NCBI GenBank assembly: GCA_963662285.2
Contig: CAXXMV010000002.1
Coordinates: forward strand, 928,001 to 992,000
DNA from: a bacterium
GTDB taxonomy: Bacteria; Hinthialibacterota; Hinthialibacteria; Hinthialibacterales; Hinthialibacteraceae
Length of the DNA: 64,000 bases
Reading direction: 5' to 3'
Below the pieces are notes generated by a model. It did not search any database. It was not told the origin of the DNA and saw only the letters and a list, made by a program, of their open reading frames with translations. This document shows, in pieces, positions 61,755 to 64,000 of this stretch. The position numbers and the translations under genes were made by a program. How positions within the stretch are numbered: the first letter of the stretch is position 1; every line of letters starts with the position of its first letter.

Positions 61755-63569
61755 ATGAACCAAAAAGAGATATATCAACTCATACGTGAAGCTAAGGAAT
61801 ATGGTTTCTCCGACCGTCAGTTAGCTGAGATGTGGGGATCGGATGAACTTTCGGTCCGCAAATTGCGCCTTAGTCTGGATATTAAACCGGTTTATAAAAC
61901 GGTTGATACCTGCGCAGCTGAATTCGAAGCTTATACTCCCTATCATTATTCCACTTATGAGACGGAAGACGAAATCCGGGAATGCGACAAAGAGAAGATA
62001 ATTATTCTCGGCGGAGGCCCTAACCGCATTGGACAGGGCATCGAATTCGATTATTGCTGCGTCCATGCCGTCTTAGCATTGCAAGAGATGGGATTTGAAA
62101 CCATTATGGTCAATTCTAATCCCGAAACAGTATCTACCGACTATGACACCGCCGACCGTCTCTACTTCGAACCCCTGACGTTTGAAGATGTTATGAATAT
62201 CATCGAAGCCGAAAAGCCTATAGGCGTCATCGTGCAATTCGGCGGCCAGACTCCCTTGAAACTGGCTGTTCCCTTGGAACAGGCGGGAGTAAATATCCTC
62301 GGCACAAGTCCGGACAGCATCGATCTGGCTGAAGACCGTGAGCGGTTCGGCGCTTTAATCGAAAAACTTAAAATTAAACAACCTCCCAATGGTATGGCGA
62401 CTTCCTTCGAGGAAGCTAAGGAAATCGCCAAGCGTTTAACTTATCCGGTTCTGGTGCGTCCCTCCTATGTTCTTGGCGGGCGGGCTATGGAAATCGTATA
62501 TGACGAAGATAATCTTTCCCGTTATATGAAATTGGCGGTTGATGCATCGCCTGAACGTCCCATTTTGGTCGATAAATACCTTGATGGAGCGATTGAAGTC
62601 GATGTCGACGCTGTATCGGACGTCACAGACGTCCGAATCGGCGGCATTATGGAACATATTGAATTTGCTGGAGTTCATTCGGGTGATAGCGCTTGCGTCA
62701 TCCCTCCTAGGACTTTACAGCAGTCCACCATTGATCTGATCTGTCTGCAAACCAAAGCCCTGGCCAAAGCTCTGAATGTCAAAGGCTTAATGAATATTCA
62801 ATACGCTGTGACCCGCAAGGATGGCGTGGAGGAAGTCTACGTGCTGGAAGTGAATCCCCGTGCATCACGGACTATCCCTTTCGTCAGCAAGGCTACAGGC
62901 GTTCCGTTAGCAAAGATAGCTGCCAAAGTTATGGCTGGTAAACCACTGGCATCCTTTGGATTACCTGAACTACCTTCGATTGACCATATTGCGGTTAAAG
63001 AAGCCGTATTACCATTCGTTAAGTTCCCTGGAGTTGATACCCTGCTGGGACCGGAAATGCGCTCTACCGGCGAAGTAATGGGCATTGATGTTAATTTTGG
63101 CCGCGCCTATGCAAAATCTCAGGCTGGCGCTGGCATGCAACTGCCAATACCGCATCCCCAAGGTAAAAAACGCTGCGTAATCATCAGTATCAATGATCGT
63201 GATAAATCGGAAATCATCGAGTCGGCCAAGAAACTAGAGACAATGGGTTTTGATATTATTGCTACCGGCGGGACTCATGCTTTTCTAAGCGAGCAAGGCG
63301 TGACATGTCAGAAAGTTTATAAGGTTCAGGAAAGTCGACCTAATCTCGTCGATTTCATGAAAAATGGAAATACTCTCCTGGTAATTAATTCTCCGTTAGG
63401 TATGGAATCAACTTTTGACGAAATAGCGCTGAGAAGATGCGCTCTTGAGATGAATATTCCTTATGTCACTACGGTTTCGGCCGCTCAGGCCGCTGTCTTG
63501 GGTATTGAGTCTAACTTTACAAGGGATATAGAGGTAAAGGCGCTGCAAAGTTATTTCCCGAATAAGTAG
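61755..63569 (+). CDS. carB: carbamoyl-phosphate synthase large subunit, C-terminal half (CarB2, with MGS domain)
   Basis: AKEYGFSDRQLA, VDTCAAEF, GGGPNRIGQGIEFDYCCVH, EVNPRASRT, ATGGT MGS domain. Confidence 0.95.
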   Translation: MNQKEIYQLIREAKEYGFSDRQLAEMWGSDELSVRKLRLSLDIKPVYKTVDTCAAEFEAYTPYHYSTYETEDEIRECDKEKIIILGGGPNRIGQGIEFDYCCVHAVLALQEMGFETIMVNSNPETVSTDYDTADRLYFEPLTFEDVMNIIEAEKPIGVIVQFGGQTPLKLAVPLEQAGVNILGTSPDSIDLAEDRERFGALIEKLKIKQPPNGMATSFEEAKEIAKRLTYPVLVRPSYVLGGRAMEIVYDEDNLSRYMKLAVDASPERPILVDKYLDGAIEVDVDAVSDVTDVRIGGIMEHIEFAGVHSGDSACVIPPRTLQQSTIDLICLQTKALAKALNVKGLMNIQYAVTRKDGVEEVYVLEVNPRASRTIPFVSKATGVPLAKIAAKVMAGKPLASFGLPELPSIDHIAVKEAVLPFVKFPGVDTLLGPEMRSTGEVMGIDVNFGRAYAKSQAGAGMQLPIPHPQGKKRCVIISINDRDKSEIIESAKKLETMGFDIIATGGTHAFLSEQGVTCQKVYKVQESRPNLVDFMKNGNTLLVINSPLGMESTFDEIALRRCALEMNIPYVTTVSAAQAAVLGIESNFTRDIEVKALQSYFPNK

Positions 63570-63601
63570 TACAGTTATTACAGGCATATTGGAGGATGTT
63601 G

Positions 63602-64000
63602 ATGTCTAAAAAAATTGCTTTTATCGGCGGGGGAAACATGGCGGAAGCAGTTCTCGCTGGTTTGGTGCGCAACCAGACGGTCAGCCCCGGCGATATTCTT
63701 GTTACAGAAAAAAATCCTGAGCGCCGGGCTTTCCTGGAAAAAACATATCAAATTGATACTACTGATGATAACGCACAAGCCGCCCGGCAATCAAAAACAA
63801 TTTTTTTAGCGGTTAAACCCTACATTCTCGATGAAATCAAAGATGAAATTAAAGACCATTTGAGCGAAGATCATGTGGTTATTTCTATATTGGCGGGCAT
63901 CTCGCGCGAACGCCTGGGTAAAGCTCTTGGACGCGTTCAACGCATGGTGCGGGTAATGCCCAATCTTCCCGCCCAAGTTGGTATGGGCGTCAGCGCCATC
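63602..64000 (+). CDS. proC: pyrroline-5-carboxylate reductase, 3'-partial
   Basis: Manual translation MSKKIAFIGGGNMAEAV...FLAVKP...ISILAG...VRVMPNLPAQVG; SD GGAGG upstream. Confidence 0.93.
   Translation, partial: MSKKIAFIGGGNMAEAVLAGLVRNQTVSPGDILVTEKNPERRAFLEKTYQIDTTDDNAQAARQSKTIFLAVKPYILDEIKDEIKDHLSEDHVVISILAGISRERLGKALGRVQRMVRVMPNLPAQVGMGVSAI

Noticed and set aside
1-64000. CRISPR array, integron attC array, prophage, rRNA
   Set aside because: No regularly spaced repeats, cas/intI genes, phage structural genes or rRNA-like sequence were seen; the many short overlapping ORFs in the track are shadows of the called genes

Overview
AT-rich bacterial chromosomal window. It tentatively resembles Ca. 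Hinthialibacterota/Sumerlaeota, an inference from the prepilin family and C-terminal motifs that was not verified. Housekeeping genes (yprB-like, recA, pheT, zapA, sdhCAB, carA, a split carB, proC) surround accessory DNA. Five features stand out. (1) A ~19.6 kb cargo region (11.6-31.2 kb) is bounded by a 110-bp INVERTED duplication of the tRNA-Pro(TGG) 3' half plus its terminator. It lies beside an IS1634 and has only a possible integrase remnant. (2) Two unrelated secreted proteins share a C-terminal motif, [ST][DE][AV]xxWxL[YF], a candidate undescribed protein-sorting signal. (3) A ~190-bp repeat precedes two cargo modules; one copy is interrupted by a MITE with a target-site duplication. 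(4) carB is split in two and its first stop codon is supplied by a GTAG-type REP. (5) A GDPD/DegT/MFS/Gfo operon may encode an unassigned catabolic pathway. All calls were made by eye; no searches were run.
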